Below, piece after piece: positions 43,278-58,273 of a stretch of 64,000 bases of DNA. Position 1 is the first letter of the stretch. Every line of letters starts with the position of its first letter. Below the pieces are notes generated by a model. It was not told the origin of the DNA and made no database searches. It worked only from the letters and a program-made list of their open reading frames with translations. Origin of the DNA: the human T2T-CHM13v2.0 reference genome, Homo sapiens. The stretch lies in the NCBI RefSeq assembly GCF_009914755.1, contig NC_060927.1; one strand, given 5' to 3'. Made by a program: the position numbers and the translations under genes.

Positions 43278-46200
43278 CATCGACAGCCATTTCTTCAGTG
43301 CCAACTCTGTGCCGGGGTGGCACTGAGGTTGTGGACAGATAGACCCTGCCTTTGCCCATCAGGCTGAAGCCAGGAGGCTCAATGGACCTGACCAAAGGGA
43401 AGGGAACACATTTTCTCCCATGGAAGGTGCGATCTCTGGGCATAGCTGCCATCTACAATGCAGTACAGACTGATCCTGTCCCGCAGGGCCCTGAGAGGCT
43501 TGGGCCAGCCTGGGGCCCTAGAACCTCCTGTCCCTCTGCTGGGGGCCTGGGCCGTCGCCCACGCCATCTGCGGCCAGCATTCAAGCAGCTGCGATAGCAG
43601 GTCTGGGCAGAAGGACCCATGGAGACAGGCTGGCAGCCTGCCCTGCTCATGCCTTCCCCTTCCGCAGGGCACCCCTCCGCCACCAGCCCATGGGATGCAG
43701 CCTACAACCAGCTCCTGCTGAGGTCATGTACGAGTCACGGCTCAAAGCAGCCCCTCCCTGCTGCCAGGGCACAGCTCAGTGTGTCTCGATGACCCAGGCT
43801 GCATGATGTGTGTGTGCTGGGTGGGGGTGTGCAGGGGATGGGGGTGCTCTGGGAGGAACGAGGCCTCCCCTTCCCCTCAGACTCAAGGCAGGACTGAGTC
43901 TCCCCATCAGACCAAAGTCCCTAAGGGCCCTAACCAGGAATATGATGCAGCTGGCCAGCTTCCCTGGGGCCAAGCCTCTGTCCCCACCTGGCAAGACCTT
44001 TGGGTCAGTGGCCCGGGATCTTCAGCGGCCGTGCTGACGTGCCTCAGCCCAAGGCTGCACCCAGCTGTGCCCTGTGCAGGCAGGCAGGGCTCTGAAGGAC
44101 ACAGGCAGCTCTTCCTCTGCCGGGACAGTGGGACCATCTATCAGGGAGATAAGCGGTAGCCAGAGGGCAGAGCTGGTGGAAGGAGCTGTCTGGAGGAGAT
44201 AACCTGGGGTCACTCAAAGGCAGCTCACGGCCCCGCTCTCAAGCCACCTAGACCTGGGATCTGACATCCTGCCCCCATGCCTGCTGGCCACAGACATCTG
44301 GTTGCCATATCTTGGAGTAAACCCTAAGGCCCTCTGTGCACAGCTTACTCGGGACCTGCAGTCGGCATGGAGTGTGGTTCCTCTTTATATTCTGTGCCAT
44401 GGCAGGGCCTCTATTATGGTTCTGTCTCACTCATTTACAGACTTTACAGATGGGGAAACTGAGGTCTGGAAGTGGCTTTGGTCTGCTCTGGTCCGAGGGA
44501 GCAGGCACAGGGTCCTGACCCCACCCTCAGCCTCCCGAGCATTGGACGGGTAGGAAGCCACATGGCGCTGCACCACTGGGCATTTATTGTGTGTGTCCCC
44601 ACGTGTCTGCGGTGCGTGGCCCCTGTCCTGTTCCTGCTGCCCTGTGGACCAGGTCCTCCTTTTCTAGATGAAGACAATGCCCAGAGAGGTGAGGTCACCA
44701 GCTCAAGGTCACACCACTAGAAAGTGAAGTTTGAACGCAGGCCTCTTAGAGCTGCATTCAGAGCCTCAGCTGACCCGTGAACAGCACTGTCTGCCCAGAG
44801 GGGCCTCGGGTGCCCAGCAGAGGCCATAACAAATCCCCAGGGAGAAAACGGCTAAAAGCTGTCACCCCCAAACTGTCAGAAGACCCTGGGCTGATCTGGC
44901 CACCCCACCTCTTATTTATCGAGTAAGACTCAATAAATCTTTCTGAACAGATTAATAACTCAATACTGAGCAAATACATGGGAACAAATAATACAACATT
45001 TCCCCTTTCTGAGCCCCTGAGGTTGGTCTGGCCCATCTTTAGGGCCTCACACACTGGTCCTGACAGCTCCCTGGGACACATCTGTCCATCATCTGTTGGA
45101 CTCTCAGGAAGAACCATCAATGACAGTGCCACCTGTGGGAGTCAAGAAGAGCCCAGGCCTTGGATCACAGAGACAGGGAGGAGGAGGGTGAAGGAGTGAG
45201 GAGCCCCTCAGCCTGGACTGGGAGTCAGACTCATCATTGCCCTGTGGTGGAGACTTCTGCAGTCCTTGCTGTCAGGGCCTCTAAGGGCTGGAGTGTTCAG
45301 GTATTGAAGGAGGCTAGGGCCAGTCTTGGGGATGAACCCTGGCTTTCTTCTCTGCCCCAATGTCCAGGGCAGTGGACATAACCCAGAAGCAGTTGGGAGC
45401 TTTTCTGGAAAGTATTTTCCAGATGAATGGTGGGAAGGGGCACCTTGCAGAGCCTTGGAATTCATCTGGCAGGCAGTGGAGGAATGGGGGCCTTTAAGGG
45501 GCCTGGGACCTTTCTGGCCATGATCAGCATTGAGGAGCTTCTGGGTCCGCTTTAGCCTGGGCCATCCTGGGAAGGAACAGGTGTGTGTAAAAGGAAGAGT
45601 CCCTGAGGCCTGGGGAGGGAGCCAGGGAAAAAGATCATCACTCAGAAAGGAGCCCACAGGCTATCGGATGGGTGCCAGCCCCACCACCCCAGCCCCTGGG
45701 AGGCTTCCACACCGAACGGGTCCTTTTTTGAATCCGGCTGAGGGCCTCCACCTCCACCTAAGGCTGGATTCATGAGAACCTGAGGGTGTGGAAGGGTTTT
45801 TTGCCACATGACATGGGTTGAGTCACCTCATGCTAACCCAGAAGGGAGATCCAAGCCTCCAGTTGCCCTGAACCAGAGACCAGGCCCAGGCACGCTTCTC
45901 AGCAAAGCTCCCACCTTTAGGACCTGGGTGGTTGCTGGCTGCAGGATCCTAGCCAGACCAGGCAGATGACACTACTGACAAGGACAGAAACCTGGGGAAC
46001 AGCACCCTTCTGCTCTTGCTCTGCGCCAGACACCGGCTGAGCTCGGCTTCCCAGCACTCCCTCATTTAACTTAATTCTCATGATCCTGGGAGATTTGCCC
46101 AATTATTTACCCCTGTTTTACAGACGAGGAGCTGAGGCCCAGGGGAGTTGAAATTCTTGCCCAGAGTCACAGAGCACCAATAACCCTAGTACACAGACGC

Positions 46201-46469
46201 ACACTCAGAGGGACCGAGACACTCTGCTCAGCGGTCTCGTTGCTCACGAGCACACTCCTTGCAAGGGGGGTCTGTGATGGCAGAATCCTTAATGGTAAAT
46301 CCCTGGGAAACTGGAAATGTCCATGGCAGGTCTTTGCACAGGACCCCAATGAGGCAGACATGGAAGCTGAAACAGAAGGCAATGCAAGCTCGTTGATGGG
46401 AGAAAGGCAGCTGCAGCTGGTATAGATCAATCCCACTTATGCGACACGAGTGTCAGAGATAAAAACCGG

Positions 46470-46770
46470 GGACGGGGCACAGTGGCTCACACCTGTAATC
46501 CCAGCACTCTGGGAGGCCAAGTCATGGGGATTACCTGAGTCAGAAGTTCGAGACCAGCCTGGGCAACATAGTGAGAACTCATCTCTACAAAAAATACAAC
46601 AACAAAAACTTAGCCAGGCATGGGGCACTCACCTGCAGACCCAGCTACTCTGAAAGCTGAGGTGGGAGGATCGCTTGAGCCCCTTGCTGCAATGAGCCAT
46701 GATCACACCACTGCATTCCAGCTTGGGTGACAGAGTAAGACCCTGCCTCAAAACAACAAAAACAAAACCA
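46470..46770 (+). mobile_element. Alu (J-type, internal deletion)
   Basis: GGGAGGATCGCTTGAGCCC diagnostic. Confidence 0.88.
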
Positions 46771-48693
46771 AAGCTAGGTGGCTTAGGGAGCAGATGGGAC
46801 ACCCTGCTACATGCCCACTGGAGGGTAGACACGGACAGGGCCCAGGACCACGCCGCCACATGTCTGCATGCTTGCATGCACACAGACCCCCCAGCCCCCC
46901 GGCGGACCCTCCAAGCCTCTCTGCCTGGGCCTCCCTGGCTGGGATGAAGGGACTGGTGGGCTGGGCCCAGGTCCACAGCATGGTGTCCTGGCCGGTCCAT
47001 GGCAGTCTGGGGGCCTTGGCTCCGCCCTCTCCAGCAGCTCCCTCCTCCTTCCTTCCTCTCTTCTTTTATCCTGCTTGCTCCCTCCTCTCTGTCACCTCTG
47101 AGAGGTCCCGAGAAGGAGTCCTCAGTGGCACCAGCCACACACATGACATGTCATGCTGTTCAGTCACACACCGCATTCCTGCCCCCAGCCCGTATCTGCA
47201 ACAGGCTGCCCCGTAAAGACAGCTTCCCTCACTCCATCCCTCCTTTGCGACCACAGGGTGTACCTTAGCCTTGCAGAACCTCAGTTTCTTCATCTGTAAG
47301 ATGTGGAGAATGCCACACATATCTGGAGAATAGGTGTGTCTCATGGGCTATTTGTGAAGATGCATTGTACACCCCAGTTTCATTGCCTCAAAGATGGGGA
47401 GAATAATTTCTTCCCATAAAGATGAAAGCATACAAAAGGCTTCGTGCAGAGCTTGCAGAGAACAAGGCCTCACTAAACGGAGACAGTGCTCTCATGATCA
47501 CGCCAGGCCCTGCACTGCCCCACGTAAACCTCTGGGGTTCTGGTCTAACACTTCCCATTTTCCTAATGAGGAATCTGGAGCTTAGCAGGGTTAGCGATGT
47601 CCCCACGGTCACACAGCTGTAGGTGGCGGAGCTGGGGCTCCAACCCAGGGTTGTCCTATACCTGTAGGCTCAACTCCACTGGATGACCTGCTCAGCCCAC
47701 GTGGAGGGTGTCTGTGGCCCTCACTGGAGGGCAGCCAGTTTTGCACTGGGTTCTTTGTCTGAGCCCACAGAACACCAGGGGAGGAGGCTCAGGCACGCCT
47801 GCCTGGCTCTGCGTTCAGCCCTCTGGACAGGGCTCTGAGCCCAAGTGGGTGGCTGGGCAGCTGTCAGCTTGCAGAGAGGGGCTGAGGGCTCTGCAGGAGC
47901 TTCTGCTGCCCCTGGCACCACTCTCCCAGGTCCTGGGGTGGGGTGCGGTGGGGGCAAGAGCAAGTGGCCTTAGGTTAATTCACTCTCCTTTTCTCGTGTG
48001 AGGACCCCTGGGGCCACAGCACCTCATGCAGTGTGGAGACCAACCCGGCCTTGCCTGGAGCCAGCTAGGCTCTGGGCAGATGGTCTCTGCTGCTCAGCTT
48101 TGGAATTCCAGGCACATCCTGAGGCTGCAGCAGAGGCTGTGGGGGATAAGCCAGGGCCTGGGCCTGCACGGCTGGGAGAGGCCAGTGCAGACACCCCCAG
48201 CACCTGCTGCGGCAGCATGAAGAGTGACCCTGCAAGGTCTTAGGAGGACAGACGCTGTGAGTCCCTAAGAGGCCTCCACCTGGCCTGCACCCCTCTCCCT
48301 GCTCTCGTGCCTTCAAGGGCTCCCTCCCCACTGTTTGCAGGATTATAGCTGAGTTCCTTGGCTGGGTGCCTGAAACTCCCTGTACATCCCAATTTCACTG
48401 CCTGAAAGATGGGGAGAATAATCCCTTCCCATGAGGACGAAGTAAGGTGGTATGTGCCTAGAACAGAGCCTGATACACAGGAGGGGCTAAACCACGCAGG
48501 TTCCTCTTCCCTGAGACTTCTGAGTTCCCTGAGACTTCCCTGAGTTCCTCTTACCTGTGACTCCTGAGAAATCAGGTATCACAGTTTAAGCTGCCTAGTG
48601 CATGGTGCTGAATGGATTAAGTACCTTCTCACTGTGCTGCACTCCTTGCCCAGCAGCCTGGCCTGTGTCTCTCTGTTTCTCTCTCACTCTCTC

Positions 48694-49290
48694 TTTTTCT
48701 TTTTTTGAGACAGGGTCTCACTCTGTCTTCCAAGCTGGAGTGCAGCGGTGTGATCATAGTTCACAGCAGCTGTAAACTCCTGGGCCCAAGGGATCCTCCC
48801 ACCTCAGCCTCCTGAGTAGGTTCAAGCCACCATGCCTGGTTAATATTTTATTTATGTATTTATTTTGAGACAGAGTCTCTCTGTCGCCAGGCTGGAGTGC
48901 AGTAGCGCAATCTCGGCTCACTGCAACCTCTGCCTCCTGGGTTAAAGCAATTCTCATGCCTCAGCCTCCTGAGTAGCTGGGATTACAGGTACGTGCCACC
49001 ACACCCAGCTAATTTTTGTACTTTTAGTAGAAACAGGGTTTCACCATGTTGGCCAGGATGGTCTTGATCTTCTGACCTCGTGATCCGTTTGCCTTGGCCT
49101 CCCAAAGTGCTGGGATTACAGGCATGAGCCACCACGCCCGGCCAATGCCTGGCTAATTTTTTAATTTTTTGTAGAGATAGGGTGTTGCCATATTGCCCAG
49201 GCTGGTCTCAAATTCCTGGTTTCAAGCAATCCTCCCTCCTTGGCCTCCTAAAATGCTGGGACTACATGCATGAGCCACTGCACCCAGCCA
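48694..49290 (-). mobile_element. AluJ with a younger AluS (~48845-49143) nested in its middle A-rich linker
   Basis: J right arm, complete S element, J left arm; duplicated ATGCCTGG(T/C)TAAT at 48832 and 49145. Confidence 0.88.
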
Positions 49291-51532
49291 CCTCTGTCTC
49301 TTGGACTTACAGGGAACAAAGGGCAGAAGTTCACTCACCTCCTGCTGGAAAAATAGACTTGTAAGCAGCAAGGGCTGGAGGCAGGGGGAAGAACAGATGA
49401 CCCCCCGAGGGCCTAGAGAGGGAGGGGAAGAGGGGGGCCTTGCCTGTGTCCAGGCATCCCAGGGTATGCTATGTTGAGGCCGGGCACTGCCAAAGATGGG
49501 GAGCATGAGGCTGACCTGCCAGGTGTGTTGTCGTGGTGCCCACCCCTTCCCCCTAGGGAAGGACAGCAGTCCAGTCTCACACCCGCTAGAGACTCTTGGA
49601 ATTCAGCAGGGAGTGGTCAAACAGCACTATGGAGAGTGGAGCCACCTCATACCCACAGGGAGGACAGAGGCCTCCAAAGACCTCCACCTGGGGGCACACA
49701 GGGTGCAGGATGCCCATAGATGAAATCTGAGCAGACTCCCTGGAGGAGGGGGCCTCTAGGATGCCCGTGTTTGGGCAGAGAGAAGCCTGAGTCCCAGAAA
49801 GGTGGAGGATGGACAGGGAAGGTCCATGAATGTGTAACACAGGCCTGGGCAGTGGCCTGGCACCATGGGCCACATTCTCTGGGGAGGATGATGGACATGA
49901 TCCTATGGGAGGGAACAACCTCACTGGGGGAGGCTGGACAACAGCCGCTGGGTCCAATGTGAGCCAGGGATCACGGAGCAAGTTAGAGGCTAACCACTCC
50001 AATTCTCCCTTCCTTCAAGCTGTGATTTTCTTAGGGCAGGTTCCCAGGAATGGGATTGCTGGATTAAAGGTTGTTCATATTTTTAGGCCTTTTGACTCAA
50101 GTTGCCAAATGGCCTGCAGACAGCATCTCCAGGTCCCCCACCCTTGGTTGGCTACGAGGCAGCCAGGGAGAGCTGAGACAGCATCCCACCCCAACTTCCG
50201 AAGGTCAGTTATACCTGTGGTCTGGGACGAGGCTGGCTGAGCTCTCCCTAGGATAAAAGGACTGCTGTAACATCATGGTCCACGCCATAGCCTCATGGCC
50301 CCTTCTCTGGGCTTCCCTCGCTCCCTCTGTGGGAACATAGGAGTGGGTGAGCCAGCCCTACCCTCGTGGAGTCTCATGGGTATTCCCACAGACAAACAAG
50401 CCCCACATCACCAGGACAGGGTGGTGGGCACAACGAAGGCATTTCACTCAGCCTGGGGCTGGGCAGCTTCCTGGAAGCAGCAATACCAGCCCACGCAGGA
50501 GGCAGCCAGCTGGGGACAGGAGGGATCAGGACAGGTGGGCCTTGGGGTGGCCTTGTCCCTGTGCCTCTCTAGGGCTGGGCCTGACCCCAGGATGAAGCAT
50601 CCTCATTCCATCCCTTCTGTCTAGCCAAGGGCTGGGGCTTTGTGTTCCCCTCCCTCACATTCCAAGTCACTGAATTTCTCTGGGCCTCCGTCTCTATACT
50701 TACAGTCCAGTGGGAACCTCGTGGAGGAGTTAGAAGCGCTTCTGTCAAGTCTTCACCTTGGAGCAGTGGTTACTGCTAGCCGGGGTACCTGGGAGGGAGA
50801 GTTCTTCTGGCAGGGGAAGCATGGCTGAGCCCACTGGGCACTGGCTGGAGTCCCGGGACTCCCCCAGCCCAGGGTCAGGCTCAGACTGCAGCATTCAAGG
50901 AGCCCTGCTGCCAGAGGAAAGACACCTGAGGCCACCTTCCTTCTGGGCCTGACCCCTGCGTCTCTCTGCCCTCTGTTCCCTGAGACCCAGTGCCAGGGCA
51001 GAGTGGCCTAGCACCCTGATCCTCCCAGCCACCCGCAGGGTCACCAGACGGTGTCCCCCATCTTCAAGGCAGCATTTCCATCCCCCCTGTCCTCCAGCTG
51101 GGGCACACTCCACAGTGGCTGCTTGGACAGCCCCTGACGGTGCATCCCCAGGGCTCTTCCCCCAGCAGGGTGAGGCACCAAAACTCACCCCCAGCCCAGA
51201 GACTGCGGGGCGTTGAGGGGTGCCTGAGAGCTACTGCTCCCATCCCCCAGCAGGCACAGCCCAATACCAGCTGCTCTCATCCCCCAGGGCCTGGTGGTTT
51301 AGACAAGTTCCCCCACACCTGAATTGACAGGTCCCTTTATGATCCCCATTTAAATGAGGCTCAGAGAAGGGAAGTACCCTGCCCAGGGGCATACAGCTGA
51401 TGCCCTCTGAGGGTGAGATTGGAAACCAGTCTGACTGAAAGCCAGACTCTCAACTGTGCCGCAGAGCTCACCCCACTGGGATACTGCCATATGTGATGCT
51501 CACCACCTGGCTCGGCTGTGTCCAGAGCTTGC

Positions 51533-51823
51533 TTTTTTTTTTTTTTTTTAATACAGAATCTTGCTCTATTGGTTGCCCAGACTGGAGTGCAGTGGTACAA
51601 TCATAATTCTGTGGCCTCCACCTCCCGGGCTCAAAGGATTCTCCCGCCTCAGCCTCTAGAGCAGCTGGGGCTGTAGGTGAGTGCCACCACACCTAGCTAC
51701 TTTTTTTTTTTGGATTTTTTTTTGTGTAGAGATGAAGTCTCACTGTGATGCCCGGGCTGGTCTCGAACCCCTGAGCTCAAGCAATCTTCCCACTTCAGTC
51801 TCCCAAAGTGCTGGGATTACAGG
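51533..51823 (-). mobile_element. Alu (J-type)
   Basis: Reverse Alu consensus. Confidence 0.88.
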
Positions 51824-54800
51824 TGGTTTTCAGAGTTTTTGTTCAGCAGAGGTCTCTGATCCTTACCACAGCCCTTGGGGAGGGGATGCACTTACTGCCT
51901 ACAGGTGGCAGCTGAGGCCCAGAGACCGAAGGGCTGGATCACATACCGACCACTCACCGACACCGACACCGGGTGCCAGTGGACTGACACCTATACAGAG
52001 GGAGGTGCTCAGGAGGTTCAGGGGTGGAGACTGCTGGGCTGGGGGAAGGTGGGAGGAGGGGGCTGGGCTGCAAGGGGCTTTCTGCCTATGCCAGGCACTA
52101 TCCCAGGCTGCTGCACTTTCAGCAGCCCCAGTATTTTATTGACTGAGTGGCAAAAAAGCTTTCAGCATAAACAGTGCCGTGTGAGTGTGGAACAAGGTCT
52201 GCTAGGCTGGCCTTTCGAAGCCTCCCTCTATGAGGGCCCTGACACCTGCCCCAGCTACAGCCCTGGCTAGCCTTGCCATCAGAGCATCATTGTACTTTCC
52301 TCAGAGTGCCTCTTCAGCAGAGGACAGAGTCTGAGGGACAGAGTAGGATCCCCTCCCAGAAACCCTCAGGACAGGCAGGGTGACTGCTGGGGGCCTGCTG
52401 GTGTATTCTGCCTAGCAGGTATGATGCAAGAACTTACAGTATCTGGACTGCCAATAGCCCTTTACAGGAGTCCAGCCAGTGTGTAGATGGGGAGACTGAG
52501 GCCCAGAAAGGCCAGGGACCTGGCTGCGGGCCCACAGCCCTTCAGGAGCAGAGCTGGAGTCAGGATCCAGAGCCTCAGCCTCCTGGCCCCGCCTAGGAAC
52601 ACTCAGGTCAGCTGTGCTTCGCCCTCAGGCCCCAGCAACCACCTCTGCCTAGTACAGCCCAGCTCAGGCAGGTGCTGGCCACCTTAGGGCCTGAGCCTGG
52701 GGCAGAGGCTGGAGTTGGCTATGTTGGAGCTGCGGCCCTGCCCTGAATCCAAAAGTTGCCTGAAGCCCCATCTCTCCTCCCATCACTCCCTGACGGCAGC
52801 TGCCGCAGATCATCTAGGGATCCCAGACAGGGCAACCCCCAGTGTAATGAGGCCAAACTCCCACTTCTCTCCCAGACATCTTGGGGTAGCCTCGACCTCG
52901 CTGTTCCTTGGATGGACACAGTTCAGCGGCTACCTTGAAACTGAAGGAGGTCAAAACTGGGCTCAGAGCTGAGGCTTTCCCCTTCTGCTGGGGGCTCGGC
53001 ACCTAACTCTCTCACTGGGTCTTGGGCTTGACTAGGCTCGAGGAGGCTTTAGGCACCAAGGACTCTGAGGCTGGGGTGTCAGCAACACTGGCAGCTGGGA
53101 CAGAAGGGGCCCTTGGCCAGGTCTGGACGAGAGAGCACCTGCTTCTACCCCCCACTGCCTGATGTTGGCCCAGGCTGAGCCCAGCACCCTCAAACCAGGG
53201 GAGCAGCCTCACCCCTACCATGTGCTCCTGGCAGCCTCTGCCAAGGAGCCCAGAGAGAGGGTGACAGGGCAGGCACGCTCTGGGGAGGCTGGGCTGGGCA
53301 TTTCTTGCCAGCAAGTGCCAGGGCTTGAATCCCCTGAAGGGGTGAGTCTTTAGCTTTAGTCAGAGGAAGTGAGGCAGGGCAAATGGGCAATGTGTGTGTA
53401 GTGCTGCCGACCTGGCAGCGACCATGCCTGCGGGGATGGGCAGCCGTAGGGACTGCAGAGCAGGCCTGGCCCTGCAGGTCTCCGGCATCCATGCAGCCAT
53501 GTCTGCCCTCAGTGGCTGTGTACTGCCCAGTACCCAGGGCGGTCACCCTGAGACCAGGCCCCTGTGGTGACCAGCCTGACCCCAGCTGCATCCTGACCCA
53601 GTTGCTGAGTCTCTGTTCTGCCCCTCACCTGCCGTGTGGTTTCGAAGGTCACTTGACCTCTCTGAGCCTCAGGATTCTCATCTGGAAAGTGGGGAAGACT
53701 GTGGAACCCAGACGCCCCTGGCTTCCCCCTCCCCAACATCAGGAGTCCACTCCTGAGTTAGAAAGAGCCCACCAGGGTAGAGTCTGCTGCGTTGACAGGG
53801 GGGCCCTGCTTCATTGAGCAGAAGGGGCATCTGGGCCCAGGCAGCAGGGCCTTCTCAACACAGGCTGCCCGGATGGCTTGTGCTGTGCAGATGGCCCAGG
53901 GTGAGCCCCCAGACCCATCAGCCTTGAGAGTCATCAGCATTCTCACGGGGCTCAGCAAATTGAGCTTCCCTACTCACCCCTGGGTGATGAGTTATCAACA
54001 CTATTGCCATCTGCAGGCGCAAGGCTGTGAGCACCCTCCAGGAGGCCACCAGCCTGTCCCACAGCCCCTATTTCCGAGGATGTGGCTTGGGTCCTCAATG
54101 GCTGGATTCTCAGGCATTTTTCCTGACCCAGCTCTGACCATGCAGGGTGAGAGGTGCAGTTTCTGTCTTGGTCCCCAGACTAGGGTCTCTTCATCAAGAG
54201 GAAGACAAGGCCTCCCACGCCTCTCCCTGCTAGGAAGCCTCCAGCAAACCTTGGCCACATGGAGAAGGGAGAAAATGTGGGGCTCAGGGTCCCAAACCCC
54301 CAGGCCCTAGCAAAGGCAGGAGGCAGGGCTGGGCATGGGGAAGAGAGTCTACCCTGGGTAGAGCCCTGTCCCCCTGGGCCTCTGTACAGCCTAGTATCCA
54401 TGGAGGGCTCAGGCTAGCCCAAGAGTGAGCAAAGATGGCCTTGGGCTAGCTCACATCATGGAAAGTCACTGGGAACAAAAGGCTGGTCACGGGCCTGGCA
54501 AGGACTCAGACCACAAAGCCTCTTCTATTTCCTGTCCACCATGGGCCAGGGACCCCTCCCCAAGGAGGCATTGCCCCATCCCACTTCAATGCTCCCTCTT
54601 GGGGACCAGGACTGGCTGGGGACAGAGACTACAAGTAGAAAGGCTTACACCTTAGAGTCACAGACTTGAGCGGAGCGTGGGGGCCCATCTCTCCCAGCCC
54701 CCTTTCCACAGAGGGGGACACCAAGGCTCGGGGAAGGGAAAGAGCAGAGCAGAGCCAGGTGTCTTCATAGAAGGCCAGCGGTCAGCCCAAAAGGCAAAGG

Positions 54801-55444
54801 TGTGGGAACTGAGGAGGGTCCTGGGACGGATGTGGCTGGGCCAGATGGGAGACCGTCCCGGGCTCTGGCCAGCCTGGGCAGTCAGCCTCCCTTCCCGGGC
54901 CCGGCTGGGTGGGGGCAGCAGGGCTCAGGCGGGCGGGCTGTTGATCCAGCCCGACAATGATGAAACGGCCCCTTTGTCCTGCGGCGCCAAAGTTGCTGTG
55001 ACTGGAGGAGGCGTGACGTGAAAGGGTCATTGTTCCCACTTGGGCAACCACTCAGGGAGCTGGAGGACCGGCCCAGAGCAGGCTTCATGCCAGCACTGCA
55101 GCCCTGCCTGCTGCCTGTGGCCGGTCGGGGTATCCTGGGCTCCCTGCTCCTACTGTGGCCAGTTCCTCCCTAGGGCCAGGGCCAGCTTGGGCACAGGTAT
55201 CCCTCCCCACCACTGTGTCCCCCTCCCTTTCCCTCCTTCCTCCTGTCTGGAATAGATCACAAATGGGGGACTCCACATACACGTGAACGCTGCCAGGTCG
55301 GACGCCTGCAGGCACCAAGGAGAGCTGGCGGGTGGGGGGTAAAGAAGGTGCTTTATCCTGGGACAAGGAAACATGCCAGTGACATTCACATCCTGAGGCT
55401 GTGACCTCAGGAACATCTCCTTCCCACTCCCACCCCCCAACCCT

Positions 55445-55717
55445 GGCACCTTGTGGATGGAGGGAGAGAGGGCCAGAGAAGGGAATTTGGCAGCCCTGGG
55501 CACCTTCTGGATAGAGGGAGCGAGGGCCAGAGAAGAGAAGTGGGTGGGCCCGGGCACCTTGTGGGTGGAGGGAGAGAGGGCCAGAGAAGGGAATTGGGCA
55601 GCCCCGGGCACCTTGTGGATGAAGGGAGAGAGGGCCAGAGAAGGGAAGTTGGCGGCCCCGGGCACCTTGTGGATGGAGGGAGAGAGGGCCAGAGAAGGGA
55701 AGTGGGTGGCCCCGGGC
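55445..55717 (+). repeat. Minisatellite, 5 copies of a 54-bp purine/G-rich unit
   Basis: GGCACCTTGTGGATGGAGGGAGAGAGGGCCAGAGAAGGGAA... recurs at 55445, 55499, 55553, 55607, 55661. Confidence 0.97.
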
Positions 55718-56983
55718 CATTCAGCACAAGCTCGTGGGCTGATGCCCAGGCTGGACTTCACTCCCCACCAGCCCCTAGACATGATGGACCTCCATTCTCT
55801 CTGGAAACCTGAGGCCCCTTCTCCATGCCCCCCATTCCTCCCTTGTCCCTTCAATCCACTCTCCCCTGAGCAGCTGTGCCCCGTGAAATCTTTCTAAAAC
55901 CAAAACTTTATTGGATTCCACCCTAGCTTCAAACCTGCCATGCCACGTCCAGAGAAATCCCAAGCTCTTGTGTGGCATTCAAGGCCCTCCCTGCATAGCA
56001 GCAGCCAGGGCTGGGAGCCCCTGTCTGGATCCTCCCTCAGCCCCTGTGCAGGAACACAGATCACAGCAAAGACTATTTCATCTTCCCAGATCCAGCCTCC
56101 ACCCTTTTGCTCTCACAGGTCCCGCCTCTTGAGTACACATTTTCCCTCCTCCGGGTCCCACTGCCTCTGGCCTCTGGGGCTCAGGGCCGGGGTGGTCAGG
56201 AGTGGCTGGTCTGGGCTGAAGTGAGAGTCTCCTTCTCCCCACCCTAGGTGGCCCACTGGCTTCAGTGCACAGAACTACTCTCCTCTTGGGCTCTCCACTG
56301 CCCCCAGCAGCTGGCATCAGGCTCAGCCTGACCCAGGCTAATTAAACCCTCCCCCAGCTCAGAGGAGGCTCTGGCTCTAGCTCTAGACTTCTTTCCCTGG
56401 AGGGACAGAGCTAATTAACCGAAAGGGTTTAATTAATCAATTAGCGTGGCCTCCAGACCCCTCCACTTAGCTGTGGCCATGGCAGATATTTATAAACAGG
56501 AGCTGCCAGACCCTTCTCTGGCTGGAACCTGACAGAGGGGAGGGCGGGCGATCATGGTGGGCACAGTAGCAGTGAACACGGCTGCAGAGGCAGGACGTCC
56601 TGTCAGAGCTGCAGAAGCGCCAGCCCCAGCTCCTGAGCACCACCAAAGGCCTGGGCAGATGCAGTCAGTGATGCTGGGACATGTGAGGGGACACAGTGAG
56701 GCAGATACTCGGGGGCCCCATGCAACACCTCTTTGTGCACAAGTCACACAGTTCTGACACCCAGAGCTAGGTAAGTTCCCAGAGGTGTCCCAGACATATG
56801 GCCAGGGGTGCTGATGATGTCCAGCTGGACACAGCACCCTAGCCACCAAGACCTCCAGGGATGGGCCTGCACAGAGGGCCATGGGAGCCAGAGGAGGCAC
56901 CAGAACCCCAGCTGGAGGACAAGGTGAGGGAAGGCTTCCTGGAGGAGGAGACATGTGCACTAAACTCAGGGAAAGAGCAGACA

Positions 56984-58273
<1,290 letters not shown>

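Noticed and set aside
48500-48570. Short degenerate CCTGAGA/CTGAGTT repeats, and (ACCGAC)n at ~51943-51970
   Set aside because: Too short and low-complexity to support any function
55085-55897. Repetitive ORFs on both strands; superficially CRISPR-like periodicity
   Set aside because: Explained by a 54-bp tandem repeat with no unique spacers and no cas genes, in human DNA
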